This document shows positions 27,247 through 36,257 of a DNA stretch of 58,067 nucleotides, piece by piece. How positions within the stretch are numbered: position 1 is the first letter of the stretch; each line of letters opens with the position of its first letter. The stretch comes from a virus (taxonomy: Duplodnaviria; Caudoviricetes). Made by a program: the position numbers and the translations under genes. The notes under the pieces were generated by a model that saw only the letters and a list, made by a program, of their open reading frames with translations, was not told where the DNA came from and searched no databases. The DNA is taken from positions 1 to 58,067 of IMG/VR virus record IMGVR_UViG_3300031452_000007. One strand, 5' to 3'.

Positions 27247-28944
27247 TCACGCGCCTCCACTGACACGGCCGGTCTCCCGCGCTCCTGCCGGACGGCGCTG
27301 CGCCTGGCGCGCGCGTGGCGAGAGCAACGCGTCGGGATAGGTCTGACGCCGCGTCGTGGGCCGCGCGCCTGGCGCGGTGTCCGAGGTCGCCCCAGCGGGG
27401 GCCGGACCTGACACGGCCGGCCTGGGCGGAGGCGCGCTTTTGCGCCCGCTTCCCGTTCCCGCCGGCTGGGTCGTCGGCGGCGGTGGCGCATCCCCTTCTT
27501 CAGGAGGCTGCCCCTGGCCTGTCCCCTCCGCGGCCGGCAGGGCCGTGGCCGTCGGTACGGGCGGCAAGAGGCCGGCGTCGTCGCCCTCCTCCAGCTCCGC
27601 TGGTGTGTCCTCCGCCCGCGCCAGCACGGCCTCCGGCGTGAGCAGCGATGAGCCCTTGGGCATCACGATCATCTGCCCCACCGGGTCATCGTCCGGCAAC
27701 GGATCGTAGCCCGCCGCCACGTAGAGCTGGTTGACGGAGAAGCCAGGCACGGAGCCGAGCTTCTGCGCGGCCTCGGCGCGCATGGCCAGGTCGATCACCT
27801 CGCGCTTCTCGTGCGCGGCGTGGAACGGGCCGTAGCGTTCGACCAGCGGGGTGTAGCCATCCTCGTCGAACTGGTCCAGGATCGGCGCGATCGTTTCCGA
27901 CCAGAAAAAGGCATTGGCCTCCTGGGCGTTGCGGTAGTTCGTCCCGTCGAAGTCGCCCACCATTTGCGGCGGGACGCCCAGCAACTCGAACACCTCGTTG
28001 CGGCCCATCTTGGCCAAATCGACGATGGGCATGTCGCCGAGCGGGGACGCGATGGGCGTGTAGGTCGCGCCCATCCAGAGCATCGCCGTGCGGAACTTGG
28101 CGCGCGCGCCCTGGCGCATGGCGCGCCAATCGGCCATCATGGCGCGCCGATCGACCTCGGGGATTTGGTTCGGCGTCGAGAGCACGCCGTCCACGATCGC
28201 GCCGCGGTCGAAGTAGTTGAAGGTGAACTCATTGATCAGGCGGTCCTTGGAGATGCCCAACTCGCCCGCCTCGATCGCGCCCAGGCCCCATAGCGGGTCC
28301 TGTGGGTTCCACCACTTGACGTGCTGGATCTCCGTGGCGTCGTACCAGAGGGTCTCCGTGTCGCGGCCCATCTGGACGAGGTAGCCATAGGCCAGGCTGC
28401 CCACCTGCGTCTGCGCGATCAGCACGCGGTCGGGCCGCAAACGGAACAGCGCGTGCGGCCGGCCTGCCACGTCCACGTCGTCGTAGGCGCAGATGCTGTT
28501 GCCCGTGAGGAGGTAATCCATGCATTCGGCTTGCTTGAACGCGCGGCCACGCGTTTGGGGGTTGGGGGCCTTGAGGAGCGCGTGCAACGCCGGCACACGG
28601 TCGCGCACATCCACGTCCGTGTCGTCGTCGTCCAGGACACGCAGCGGAACCGAGGCGTAGTTGGACACGATAACGGACGCGGCCTTATAAACATTGGGGA
28701 TCGTGATCGCGCCCAGGTAGCTCGTGTAGTCGCCCATGCGCTTGCCCTGACGGGCGCGCTCGATCCCCGTCGAGGAGAGCAGGTCGGCCACGTCGCGGCT
28801 GTCGCGTTGGCGTGGAGCGGCCTTGCCGGCCACACTGAGCACGCGCGCGATATGCTGGGCGCCCCGCTCCACGCGCGCCTGGGCCTGGCGCGCCAGGCTC
28901 GTCCGTGCCCTCGTCGATGGTGGTGTCTGTGGTGTCATCGTCAT
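27247..28944 (-). CDS. portal protein, HK97 family
   Basis: LLKAPNP, LLTGN, LRPDRV, GVPPQMVG and NYRNAQE motifs. Confidence 0.95.
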   Translation of the reverse strand: MTMTPQTPPSTRARTSLARQAQARVERGAQHIARVLSVAGKAAPRQRDSRDVADLLSSTGIERARQGKRMGDYTSYLGAITIPNVYKAASVIVSNYASVPLRVLDDDDTDVDVRDRVPALHALLKAPNPQTRGRAFKQAECMDYLLTGNSICAYDDVDVAGRPHALFRLRPDRVLIAQTQVGSLAYGYLVQMGRDTETLWYDATEIQHVKWWNPQDPLWGLGAIEAGELGISKDRLINEFTFNYFDRGAIVDGVLSTPNQIPEVDRRAMMADWRAMRQGARAKFRTAMLWMGATYTPIASPLGDMPIVDLAKMGRNEVFELLGVPPQMVGDFDGTNYRNAQEANAFFWSETIAPILDQFDEDGYTPLVERYGPFHAAHEKREVIDLAMRAEAAQKLGSVPGFSVNQLYVAAGYDPLPDDDPVGQMIVMPKGSSLLTPEAVLARAEDTPAELEEGDDAGLLPPVPTATALPAAEGTGQGQPPEEGDAPPPPTTQPAGTGSGRKSAPPPRPAVSGPAPAGATSDTAPGARPTTRRQTYPDALLSPRARQAQRRPAGARETGRVSGGA

Positions 28945-30440
28945 TAGAAGTCATCCTCGAAAAGCATGGAGGGGCGTCCGGGTCCCGTCGCCAACTTGTT
29001 GAACGCGCCCGAGCTCGCGTCGATCTGGTCCCAGTATTTGCCGTTAGGAGCCATCGTTAACTCCTCGATGTACGCCTGGTTCCAAAGACCCTTGACCAGA
29101 CACACGTTGCCCGCGTTGACCTGGGCCGAATACGGGAGCGCCCGCGTGATCTTGTCGCCGGTCACCCGCTCGACGCGCACGAGCGAACCTGCGAGCATCT
29201 TGACCGTGATCTCCGCCGACTCTTTGCCGCCCGAGCCGGGCTCTTGCTCGACCCACACGGTCACCGCCGATCCGTCGCGGTTCGTCGTATTCTCCATGAC
29301 CTGATTGCGACTGTGGCTGGCCCACTGGCCACGCTCGACATGTTCCACATAGAAGACCCCATCGTAGCCGCGCGCCATGCGCACGCCGGCCGTATAGGCG
29401 CCCGCGCCCTGCGTCCCCGCCTTGTCCCAGTAGCGCACGCGCTCGGCGTCCGCGGGGGCCGCGTCCACGATCCGCAAACGGCCGGTCTCGAAGAGGTCGC
29501 CGCCCGCCGGGACCGGCCGTTGCTGAAAGAGCGCCGCGAACGGCCGCGCTGTGATCGCTTTGGCGATCTGCGCCAGGCGCGCCACGGGAAACTTCTCGTC
29601 CCAGAGCGCCGCGCCCTCCGGTCGCCCCAGCGGGTCGTCCTCTTCCGCCAACGCCGGTAAGCGCAGTTCCACCCACTGATCCGCCTCCGGGTCGGCCGCG
29701 GCCAGACGCAACACGCGGCCCGCGAGGTCGTCCTCGCTCCAGCGCGTCATGATAATGACGATCGCGCCATTCTCTTCGAGGCGTGTGTAGGCGTCCGATA
29801 GATACCATTCCCAAATGCTCTCCTGGATCGTCGTGCTGGCCGCCTCTTTAGCGCCCTTGACGGGGTCATCGATGAGCAGGACATGCGCACCCTTGCCGGT
29901 GATCGAGCCACCGACGCCGGCGCTGGTGTAGCCGCCCCGATAGGGCGCCGCCAGATCCCACTCGCCGACGTTGCGCGAGTCGTCGGCCAGGGTGACCGCG
30001 TACGGCCGCTGGTCGTGTGTCCGATCGGTGCGCACATGCAGGCGACTCGGACTGCCGCGTTGGCCAAAAACGGCGGAGAAATTGTGTCCGGCGATAAGAT
30101 TGCGCGCCTTCCGGCTGAAGCGGTGCGCCAGGCTGGCCGCGTACGAACAGGCGATAATCCGCTTGTCCGGATTGCGGCCCAAAAACCACGCCGGGAAAAT
30201 CTCGCTGGTCAACGTCGATTTGCCGTGGCGCGGCGGGACCGAAATGATCAGCCGGGCAATCTCACCGCGCTCGACCGCTTCGAGCGCCAGGGCGATGCGG
30301 GCGTGAAAAGGCTTGGCGACAAAGCCACGGTAGACGTAGTGGCCGAAATCGACCAGTCCCCGTCGGGCGAGCTCACGCCGCGCCAATTCCCCTTCCGCCG
30401 CGTGCCACGAGTGCCCGCAGTTCGATCTCACTCCGCTCAC
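28944..30440 (-). CDS. terL: terminase large subunit (start may be TTG at 30386)
   Basis: Walker A PPRHGKS, Walker B LLIDDP, IMTRW, nuclease motifs YWDKAG and DQIDA. Confidence 0.95.
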   Translation of the reverse strand: MSGVRSNCGHSWHAAEGELARRELARRGLVDFGHYVYRGFVAKPFHARIALALEAVERGEIARLIISVPPRHGKSTLTSEIFPAWFLGRNPDKRIIACSYAASLAHRFSRKARNLIAGHNFSAVFGQRGSPSRLHVRTDRTHDQRPYAVTLADDSRNVGEWDLAAPYRGGYTSAGVGGSITGKGAHVLLIDDPVKGAKEAASTTIQESIWEWYLSDAYTRLEENGAIVIIMTRWSEDDLAGRVLRLAAADPEADQWVELRLPALAEEDDPLGRPEGAALWDEKFPVARLAQIAKAITARPFAALFQQRPVPAGGDLFETGRLRIVDAAPADAERVRYWDKAGTQGAGAYTAGVRMARGYDGVFYVEHVERGQWASHSRNQVMENTTNRDGSAVTVWVEQEPGSGGKESAEITVKMLAGSLVRVERVTGDKITRALPYSAQVNAGNVCLVKGLWNQAYIEELTMAPNGKYWDQIDASSGAFNKLATGPGRPSMLFEDDF

Positions 30441-30930
30441 TCATGTCCACCGTTTCGTCGTCGTCCTCCTCCGCGTCGAGTAAGCGCGCCACACGCTCCT
30501 CGGTGAGGCAACCCATTTTCGCGAGTTGCACGAGTGTCTCGCGTATCGAGTTGAGCCACGCGACCTTGAGCGCACGAAAAGGCGGTGCTTTCATTTCAAT
30601 GCGGGCCCCGTCCACCGGGTCGGCCACCTGCACCGCACGGTCGAACTTGCCCTCCAACCACTCCCGCTCGCGCCGGCACTCCTCGTGATACTTTTCCCAC
30701 GCCTCCGTGATGATGAGCTTGTAGTTCGCGACGACATAGGCCAGTGTCCCCGTCAACTCCTGCCTGGCCCACAGCAGGAGGTCGTCGCCGACGGCGGCCA
30801 GGTCGCGCGCCACGGTGTCGTCGGACACGCCTAACTCGTCGCGGATCTGTCCCAGGGACTTCCCGGCGACGATGCCTTGGTAGACTTTGGCCCGACGGCG
30901 GGCCATCTGCTTATCCGACAGGCGCGGCAT
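30373..30930 (-). CDS. terS: terminase small subunit
   Basis: N-terminal HTH SLGQIRDELGVSDDTVARD; overlaps terL. Confidence 0.7.
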   Translation of the reverse strand: MPRLSDKQMARRRAKVYQGIVAGKSLGQIRDELGVSDDTVARDLAAVGDDLLLWARQELTGTLAYVVANYKLIITEAWEKYHEECRREREWLEGKFDRAVQVADPVDGARIEMKAPPFRALKVAWLNSIRETLVQLAKMGCLTEERVARLLDAEEDDDETVDMSERSEIELRALVARGGRGIGAA

Positions 30931-31146
30931 AAACTCCCCACACTCCGCAATACTCCGCACAGCGCGCGCACACAGATGAGCCAGAGCGTCCAGGGCGCGC
31001 GGAGAGATCCAATCACGCGCCCGGACACGCACGAGATGAGGCGACGATCAACCACCAAGTAAGCGCGAACCTACAGCGCGCAACGACCCCACACAGTCAG
31101 GGGCGGTAGTCCTTCGGTGGCGCGACGCCTCACCTCATGCGCACGC

Positions 31147-31184
31147 AGGCTAGATGAGCGCGGGCGGGTGGGCAAGGGGCCGGG
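31147..31184 (-). promoter_or_regulatory. late-promoter-like motif, copy 5 (upstream of terS)
   Basis: Minus strand CCCGGCCCC-TTGCCC-17-TAGCCT. Confidence 0.7.
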
Positions 31185-31193
31185 CAGTCAGGG

Positions 31194-31571
31194 TTAGCCC
31201 GCTTCCGTCATGTAGGCCGGCCGTGTGGTCTCATCCCACGGCAGGTAGCCCAGTTCACAGCCGGGCTCGAAGCGCGCCGACACCCACTCAGCCAGTTGGT
31301 CACGGAGCCGCAGGGGCACGCTCCACACGCTCTCTTTCGGCCGCCAGGTCGCCGCGCCATGCGTCGGAAACGTCGCGCGGAAATCGTCCCTGAGGGCGTG
31401 CTGATCGGTCGCGCGGTCCGTGCGCCAGGCGATGAGCAGCCGCCCGTCGCGCTCCACGCAGCGCACCCGCGCCTCACGCATGGTCAACCGGCGCGGGGGG
31501 AGCGCCGTGGGCGCCCCGCACGACACACAGGACGGCCGCGCGACGCGGGCGGGCTTGGGCGTGACACCCAT
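31194..31571 (-). CDS. hypothetical protein
   Basis: CxxC at the N-terminus, WRPKESVWSVP at the C-terminus. Confidence 0.55.
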   Translation of the reverse strand: MGVTPKPARVARPSCVSCGAPTALPPRRLTMREARVRCVERDGRLLIAWRTDRATDQHALRDDFRATFPTHGAATWRPKESVWSVPLRLRDQLAEWVSARFEPGCELGYLPWDETTRPAYMTEAG

Positions 31572-31795
31572 TAGGCGGCCTCAGCGGAGGCGACCTCAGC
31601 GGTCGTCGCGGGTGTCGTCGCGGTCAACCCATGCGCCACGCGGAGCGCGTCCACGGCGGCGAGTTCGACGAGCGCGCCGGCCAGGCGCACGGCCAGGTCG
31701 CGCGTCAGCGGCTTCTGCGCGCTGGTCTGGTCGCTCAGGTACTCAACCTCTGGCCGCGTCAGCGCCAGATAAATCCGTGGCTCTCCGTCCGTCAT
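31571..31795 (-). CDS. hypothetical protein
   Basis: 74 aa, coupled to the next gene. Confidence 0.5.
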   Translation of the reverse strand: MTDGEPRIYLALTRPEVEYLSDQTSAQKPLTRDLAVRLAGALVELAAVDALRVAHGLTATTPATTAEVASAEAA

Positions 31796-31873
31796 CTCGT
31801 CCGTCCCTTTGGTGTGGCCGCAATGTGTGATCCGTGTGGATACGGCTATCTCGTGCCGGCCTCAGCTGAGGCT

Positions 31874-31911
31874 AGCGTCGCCCATCACCGGCGGGCGGGC
31901 AAGGGGCCGGG
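31874..31911 (-). promoter_or_regulatory. late-promoter-like motif, copy 6
   Basis: Minus strand CCCGGCCCC-TTGCCC-17-GACGCT, followed by the perfect palindrome GCCTCAGCTGAGGC (31859-31872). Confidence 0.65.
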
Positions 31912-31922
31912 CACACGACACG

Positions 31923-32285
31923 CTAGATGCCCGCGGCGTGCAGGTCCTCCACCGACGTCGCCACCAGACAGCGCGCGCCGTAGCCGCGCAGGGTCTCCAT
32001 CATGGCCTGCTGGAGCGCCGTCGGTTTGTTGCCGGGCCGCTTGACCTCGACGAAGAGCGCGCGGCCGTCTTTGATGGCCAAGACATCAGGAGTGCCGGCG
32101 GGGAGCATATGGACCGGACGGCCCTGGGCGTTGGGGAGCGCACCGGAGTTCAGCCGAAGGACATGGTACTGTTTGAGCCGCAGATAGGCGATGATGTCGG
32201 CCTGGATGGCACGCTCAGGAATAGCCGGCGCCACGGGCGGCGTGTCCACTGTCCAGCGTGGCTGACGTGGAGAGCGCGCGTTCAT
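31923..32285 (-). CDS. VRR-NUC nuclease / Holliday junction resolvase
   Basis: ERAIQ, GTPDV, FVEVKRPG and Q motifs. Confidence 0.9.
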   Translation of the reverse strand: MNARSPRQPRWTVDTPPVAPAIPERAIQADIIAYLRLKQYHVLRLNSGALPNAQGRPVHMLPAGTPDVLAIKDGRALFVEVKRPGNKPTALQQAMMETLRGYGARCLVATSVEDLHAAGI

Positions 32286-32459
32286 CGTTAGCTCTCCCGT
32301 GGCCCATCGGCCAGCGCCATCACCGCCACCATGAGCACGGCCAGGCCGGCCGCCACGAGCAGGCTCATCGTGTCCCTCCGGCCACATAGATCGCCCACAG
32401 CACCATCACAAAGACGCCGCACAGGACGCCCAGCAGGAACGCGCCGATCAGCAGCTCCG

Positions 32460-32816
32460 TCATGACGCCTTCTTCGTCACCTGGCGCACGAACGGATGAT
32501 GCGCCAAGAGGATCGCCACGCGGGCCACCACGCGCCGATGCTGCCGCCGCTCGTCGTGCCACCAGCACAGCGCCGCCACCCGCCCCCATGGCCCCGGCCG
32601 CGGATCGAGGCCGACGCGCTTGTAGATCAGCGCCAGTCGGTTCTTGACGCCGGCGTGACTGATGCCCAGGAACGCCGCGATCTCCCGGTTGCTGTGGTTA
32701 TGGTAGGCGAGCTCGAGCATCACCATCATGCGCTCCGTCAATCCATTTCCAGCCACGTCATCTGCCGCAACGTTGGCCTCCGCTGAGGTGTGATCCAGCC
32801 CGTTCGTGTCGTCCAT
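32460..32816 (-). CDS. LuxR-type HTH transcription regulator
   Basis: LTER...SNREIAAFLGIS...VKNRLALIYKRVG. Confidence 0.85.
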   Translation of the reverse strand: MDDTNGLDHTSAEANVAADDVAGNGLTERMMVMLELAYHNHSNREIAAFLGISHAGVKNRLALIYKRVGLDPRPGPWGRVAALCWWHDERRQHRRVVARVAILLAHHPFVRQVTKKAS

Positions 32817-32969
32817 GGGGTCTCCATCTCTGCCATCTGTCGCGCCAATGCGCGTACAGAACGGCCACACAGGCGGCGCGGCGACGGGCTGGGTCCGCCG
32901 CGCCATCAGGAGCGTGTGGCTGTTCACACGGCCCCTTGTTAGCACATCTGTACGTGCTAAGGTGAACAT

Positions 32970-33647
32970 ATGATGCGTGATACGCCCCATCGCCCCTATA
33001 GCGTTTTTGTCTCAGGACCAGCGGCGCCAGGGCTCACCGTTCCCGCTCCTCGGCCGCCATCGGCCTCCGTGGCCGCCACCTCTCTCGGCGTGGCCTCACT
33101 GCTGATGGAACAACTGCTCGACCACTCTCCCGCCGTCGTCACGCACAGCTTGCGCGTGGCGCGACACGCCGCCCGCGTGGCGTCGCGGTTGCCGGGCGAT
33201 CCCTGGCGCGGCCGGGAGAGCGAGGTGTACGCGGCGGCGCTCGTGCACGACGTCGGCAAGATCAACGAGCCGCTGGATATCCTGCTGGCCGCGCGGCCGC
33301 TCACGGCCATCGAGTACGCCTGCATCAAGGATCACCCGTTCCACGGCGTCGCGCTGGTGCGCCGCTACGCGGCCGTGTCGCCCTTGCTGGAGGACGCGGC
33401 GTGGGGGCATCACGAGTGGTGGGATGGCTCGGGCTACCCGCGCCGCCTGGCGGGCGCGGAGATCCCGGCGATCGCGCGCCTGGTCAGCCTGGTCGATGCG
33501 TTCGACGCCATGTGTGAGAATAGGCCCTACCGCGCGGGGATGACGCCGGCGGTGGCGCTCCTTGAGATCGAGCGGGGGGCGGGCACCCAGTTCGACCCAT
33601 CTTTAGTCGATATCGTGTTGCGGCACAATCTACTCAGGGACGGCTAA
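32970..33647 (+). CDS. stand-alone HD-GYP cyclic-dinucleotide phosphodiesterase
   Basis: HSLRVA, HDVGK, HHEWWDGSGYP, FDAM, RPYR and GTQFDP motifs all intact. Confidence 0.9.
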   Translation: MMRDTPHRPYSVFVSGPAAPGLTVPAPRPPSASVAATSLGVASLLMEQLLDHSPAVVTHSLRVARHAARVASRLPGDPWRGRESEVYAAALVHDVGKINEPLDILLAARPLTAIEYACIKDHPFHGVALVRRYAAVSPLLEDAAWGHHEWWDGSGYPRRLAGAEIPAIARLVSLVDAFDAMCENRPYRAGMTPAVALLEIERGAGTQFDPSLVDIVLRHNLLRDG

Positions 33648-33742
33648 TGGCGGCAATGGGTTGAGGCGCGGATAGCGCGCCAAAATACGCGCGCGCGGCG
33701 CATTGTAGCGTCTGATAGACACAGTCTCCTCCCCTACATCTC

Positions 33743-33985
33743 TCACCAGCGCACCGGTCCAACGCCCGTGTATTCTCCGTGTTCCCGTTCCCACGCGGCA
33801 AACGCTGCTTCCCCGAGCAGCGCATCGGACATATCGCCTCCCGGTAACGGAGGCGGCGTCTGCGCGATAGCCAGATCGTAGCGCCGCCGGAAGGCGCGGT
33901 CGGCCCGTTCGCAGCGGTACGCAGACGCCACGACGTAGAGCGCCACGGCCACACTCGCACCGACGGCGATGATAGCTCCAATCAC
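33743..33985 (-). CDS. small membrane protein
   Basis: GTG start overlapping the upstream stop; N-terminal TM helix. Confidence 0.45.
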   Translation of the reverse strand: MIGAIIAVGASVAVALYVVASAYRCERADRAFRRRYDLAIAQTPPPLPGGDMSDALLGEAAFAAWEREHGEYTGVGPVRW

Positions 33986-34134
33986 CGTCGCAGGATCAGG
34001 ACGGCCAGGGCCGCGGCCGCTAAGGGGATAGCGTACGCGGGTGCTCCCGTCAGTGTCAGCAGAGTAACGGCAACCGCGCCCGCCGCCCAAAAGGCGAGGA
34101 TGCGCGGCAAGACCCGTCGTATGTTCTTATCCAT
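33982..34134 (-). CDS. 50 aa two-TM peptide (not in ORF track)
   Basis: MDKNIRRVLPRILAFWAAGAVAVTLLTLTGAPAYAIPLAAAALAVLILRR; AAGGA RBS. Confidence 0.45.
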   Translation of the reverse strand: MDKNIRRVLPRILAFWAAGAVAVTLLTLTGAPAYAIPLAAAALAVLILRR

Positions 34135-34372
34135 GATTGTTTTCCTTGACTATCCCCGCCGTCGACGTCGCCGACGGGGGGTAGCTATAGACCGGGATCG
34201 CGCTCAACTCCCGCCCTCTGACGGCCGCGCAATGCGTGCACACGACGAGCAGGACATCATAGCGTTGCTCCAGCCGCATCACGCGGCCAAAGCCGTTGCG
34301 TTGTTCCTCGACCGTGCGCACGATGACCGGTCCCGGTCGCCACTCGTGCGCACAATATTTTTCCTCATCCAT
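34127..34372 (-). CDS. small zinc-ribbon protein
   Basis: CAHEW...CTHC; GAGGAG RBS. Confidence 0.55.
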   Translation of the reverse strand: MDEEKYCAHEWRPGPVIVRTVEEQRNGFGRVMRLEQRYDVLLVVCTHCAAVRGRELSAIPVYSYPPSATSTAGIVKENNHG

Positions 34373-34408
34373 CCCACACTCCTCGTTGCTCTATAGCTCT
34401 ATAGCTAT

Positions 34409-35605
34409 TCACCGCAACCCTCCCATCTCCTCACCACCTCTCCCCACGCCCGCCATCTCCAACGCCTCAGCGGAGGCTGGCGCGATCTCACCCCGGCCAC
34501 GCAGATAAGCCACCGCCTCACGCGCCGACGACAACCCCTCAGCCACCATCACGAAATCCAAAGACGAGCCACCCTGGCCGATGGTGTGACAGTGCCACAA
34601 GCCACGCTCCACGTCCACGGATAGCGAGGGCGTCTGATCGCCGTCGCCATGATGCGGGAGCGGACAATGGTAGACGCCGCTCCGGCTGACCTCCACGCCG
34701 TACCCGGCCAGCACCTCCTCTAACGGATGCGCAGCCTTCCAGCGCTCGATGGGCGACTGACCCAACGGCTCGAACGGACGCCACCGCTCCTGCGTCCTCT
34801 CCCTAACGGGCTCTGGCTCCCGGTCCAGCGTCCCGATACGCTCCTCTTCCAGCCAGGACCGCCGCTCGACCTCCCTCATGACGTCTATAGGTGGCACGGA
34901 GAGGATATAGGCGAGCTGCCCGCCTAACGTCGTCGCCGAGGGCTGACCATCGGGCCGGATGAACGGGTAGCGCTCCCCGCTCTTCTGATGCAGCCCGAAC
35001 GGTCCCCGCACGCTGTTGCCCACCTTGCCCTCTGGCAGGACCTCCTGCTTGGGGTTGATCTCGACCGCGCCGCGCCCCTCGGCCATCCTAGCCCGCTCCT
35101 CCGCGCCGACAGCGTACAGCAGCAGGTTCTGCATCGACCGCGCCGGCACAGGTTCGGCGGCGAAGATCCGGACACGCGCGCCACGTCGCGACAACTCCAA
35201 CGCGCTGCTGATGCCCGCCCTATCGAGCCGCAGGTGCGCGTCGCGCATCAGCTCACGCCCGTTGACCGGCTCATACCGGGTGACCTTGCCCGGCTGATGG
35301 GGGTCCGGCACCGGGCGCTTGTCGTCGCACTCCATGACGCCTTCGCGGCACAATGTCTGCTGCCCGACCCGTTTGGCGCTGTAGAACGCCAGCGTGGTCT
35401 GGCCGCGCAAGTGGCGCTCGATCAGCTCGTCGGTGAGCGCTAGTGGCTTCTCCTTGCCGAACCGTTGGTCATAGGCGCGCAGGTAGTGCCCGCCGCGCTC
35501 CTGGCCCTCCTGGTCGCGCCACAATGGCTGCTGGACACAGTAGGTCTCATCGACGTAGGCGAAACGTTCGCGGTACAGGTGGATGCGCGCGTCATGGCTA
35601 GCCAT
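34409..35605 (-). CDS. AEP/TOTE-like primase domain + CHC2 zinc finger
   Basis: IERHLRG, ECDD, ELSRRG and PKQ...GN.V..P motifs; C-terminal CPLPHH...TPSLSV...WHC. Confidence 0.7.
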   Translation of the reverse strand: MASHDARIHLYRERFAYVDETYCVQQPLWRDQEGQERGGHYLRAYDQRFGKEKPLALTDELIERHLRGQTTLAFYSAKRVGQQTLCREGVMECDDKRPVPDPHQPGKVTRYEPVNGRELMRDAHLRLDRAGISSALELSRRGARVRIFAAEPVPARSMQNLLLYAVGAEERARMAEGRGAVEINPKQEVLPEGKVGNSVRGPFGLHQKSGERYPFIRPDGQPSATTLGGQLAYILSVPPIDVMREVERRSWLEEERIGTLDREPEPVRERTQERWRPFEPLGQSPIERWKAAHPLEEVLAGYGVEVSRSGVYHCPLPHHGDGDQTPSLSVDVERGLWHCHTIGQGGSSLDFVMVAEGLSSAREAVAYLRGRGEIAPASAEALEMAGVGRGGEEMGGLR

Positions 35606-35683
35606 CACGCCACCTCTTCGCTGCAATAAATCCAGCGTAGAGAGGCGATAAATGGTAAAATGAGGGTAGTTCTACACAGAGCA

Positions 35684-35716
35684 CGGCGTGTTGATGCGAC
35701 TAACATCAACACGCCG
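35684..35716. promoter_or_regulatory. 13 bp inverted repeat upstream of the HNH gene
   Basis: CGGCGTGTTGATG / CATCAACACGCCG; extended -10-like TGGTAAAAT at about 35653. Confidence 0.5.
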
Positions 35717-35751
35717 CTAGACGACTGACACTGATAAGGAGTGCCGCCGCC

Positions 35752-36243
35752 ATGTCTGATAGTGTACCCCAACCCTCTCTTTTCTACGCCGAGATCCCGC
35801 TGACGAAAGGTCTCGTTGCCCTCGTTGACCGCGACCTCTACCCCATTCTCTCTCAGGGCCACTGGTGTACCAGTGGCGGCTATGCCGTCCGTGACATCTA
35901 CCCGAACGGACAGCGCCACCATATCGCGATGAGTCATGCCGTCCTCGACCTGCGAGGTATTGCTATCCCGACCGGCTATGAGGTCGATCATTGGAACCGG
36001 AATAGAACTGACAACAGGACGGAGAATCTGCGCGCCGTGCCCCCACGCATCAACAAGCTCAACGTGGGGCTGAATTACCGGAACACGTCTGGCTATCCTG
36101 GTGTGCAGTGGGATAAAACGCGCGGTAAGTGGTTCGCGCAAATAGGTGTGCGAGGACGTTCCATTTTCCTCGGTCGGTACACTGACGTAGAAGAGGCAGC
36201 CGCCGCCTACAAGGCCGCTCTCGCCAAAAGCGCTCTTGAGTAG
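35752..36243 (+). CDS. HNH-AP2 homing endonuclease
   Basis: VDHWNRNRTDNRTENLR (HNH) and NTSGYPGV.W....KW.A.I...LG.Y...EEAA.AY (AP2). Confidence 0.9.
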   Translation: MSDSVPQPSLFYAEIPLTKGLVALVDRDLYPILSQGHWCTSGGYAVRDIYPNGQRHHIAMSHAVLDLRGIAIPTGYEVDHWNRNRTDNRTENLRAVPPRINKLNVGLNYRNTSGYPGVQWDKTRGKWFAQIGVRGRSIFLGRYTDVEEAAAAYKAALAKSALE

Positions 36244-36257
36244 CGCACAGGGTACCA

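Noticed and set aside
30373-30444. Frameshifted or fused terS-terL
   Set aside because: TerS ends with a plausible terminal helix and TerL has its own candidate starts (GTG 30440, TTG 30386); a simple overlap is sufficient.
32941-32975. LexA boxes before the HD-GYP gene
   Set aside because: GCAC-N4-GTAC and GAAC-N4-GATG each deviate at two positions from GAAC-N4-GTTC; too weak to call.
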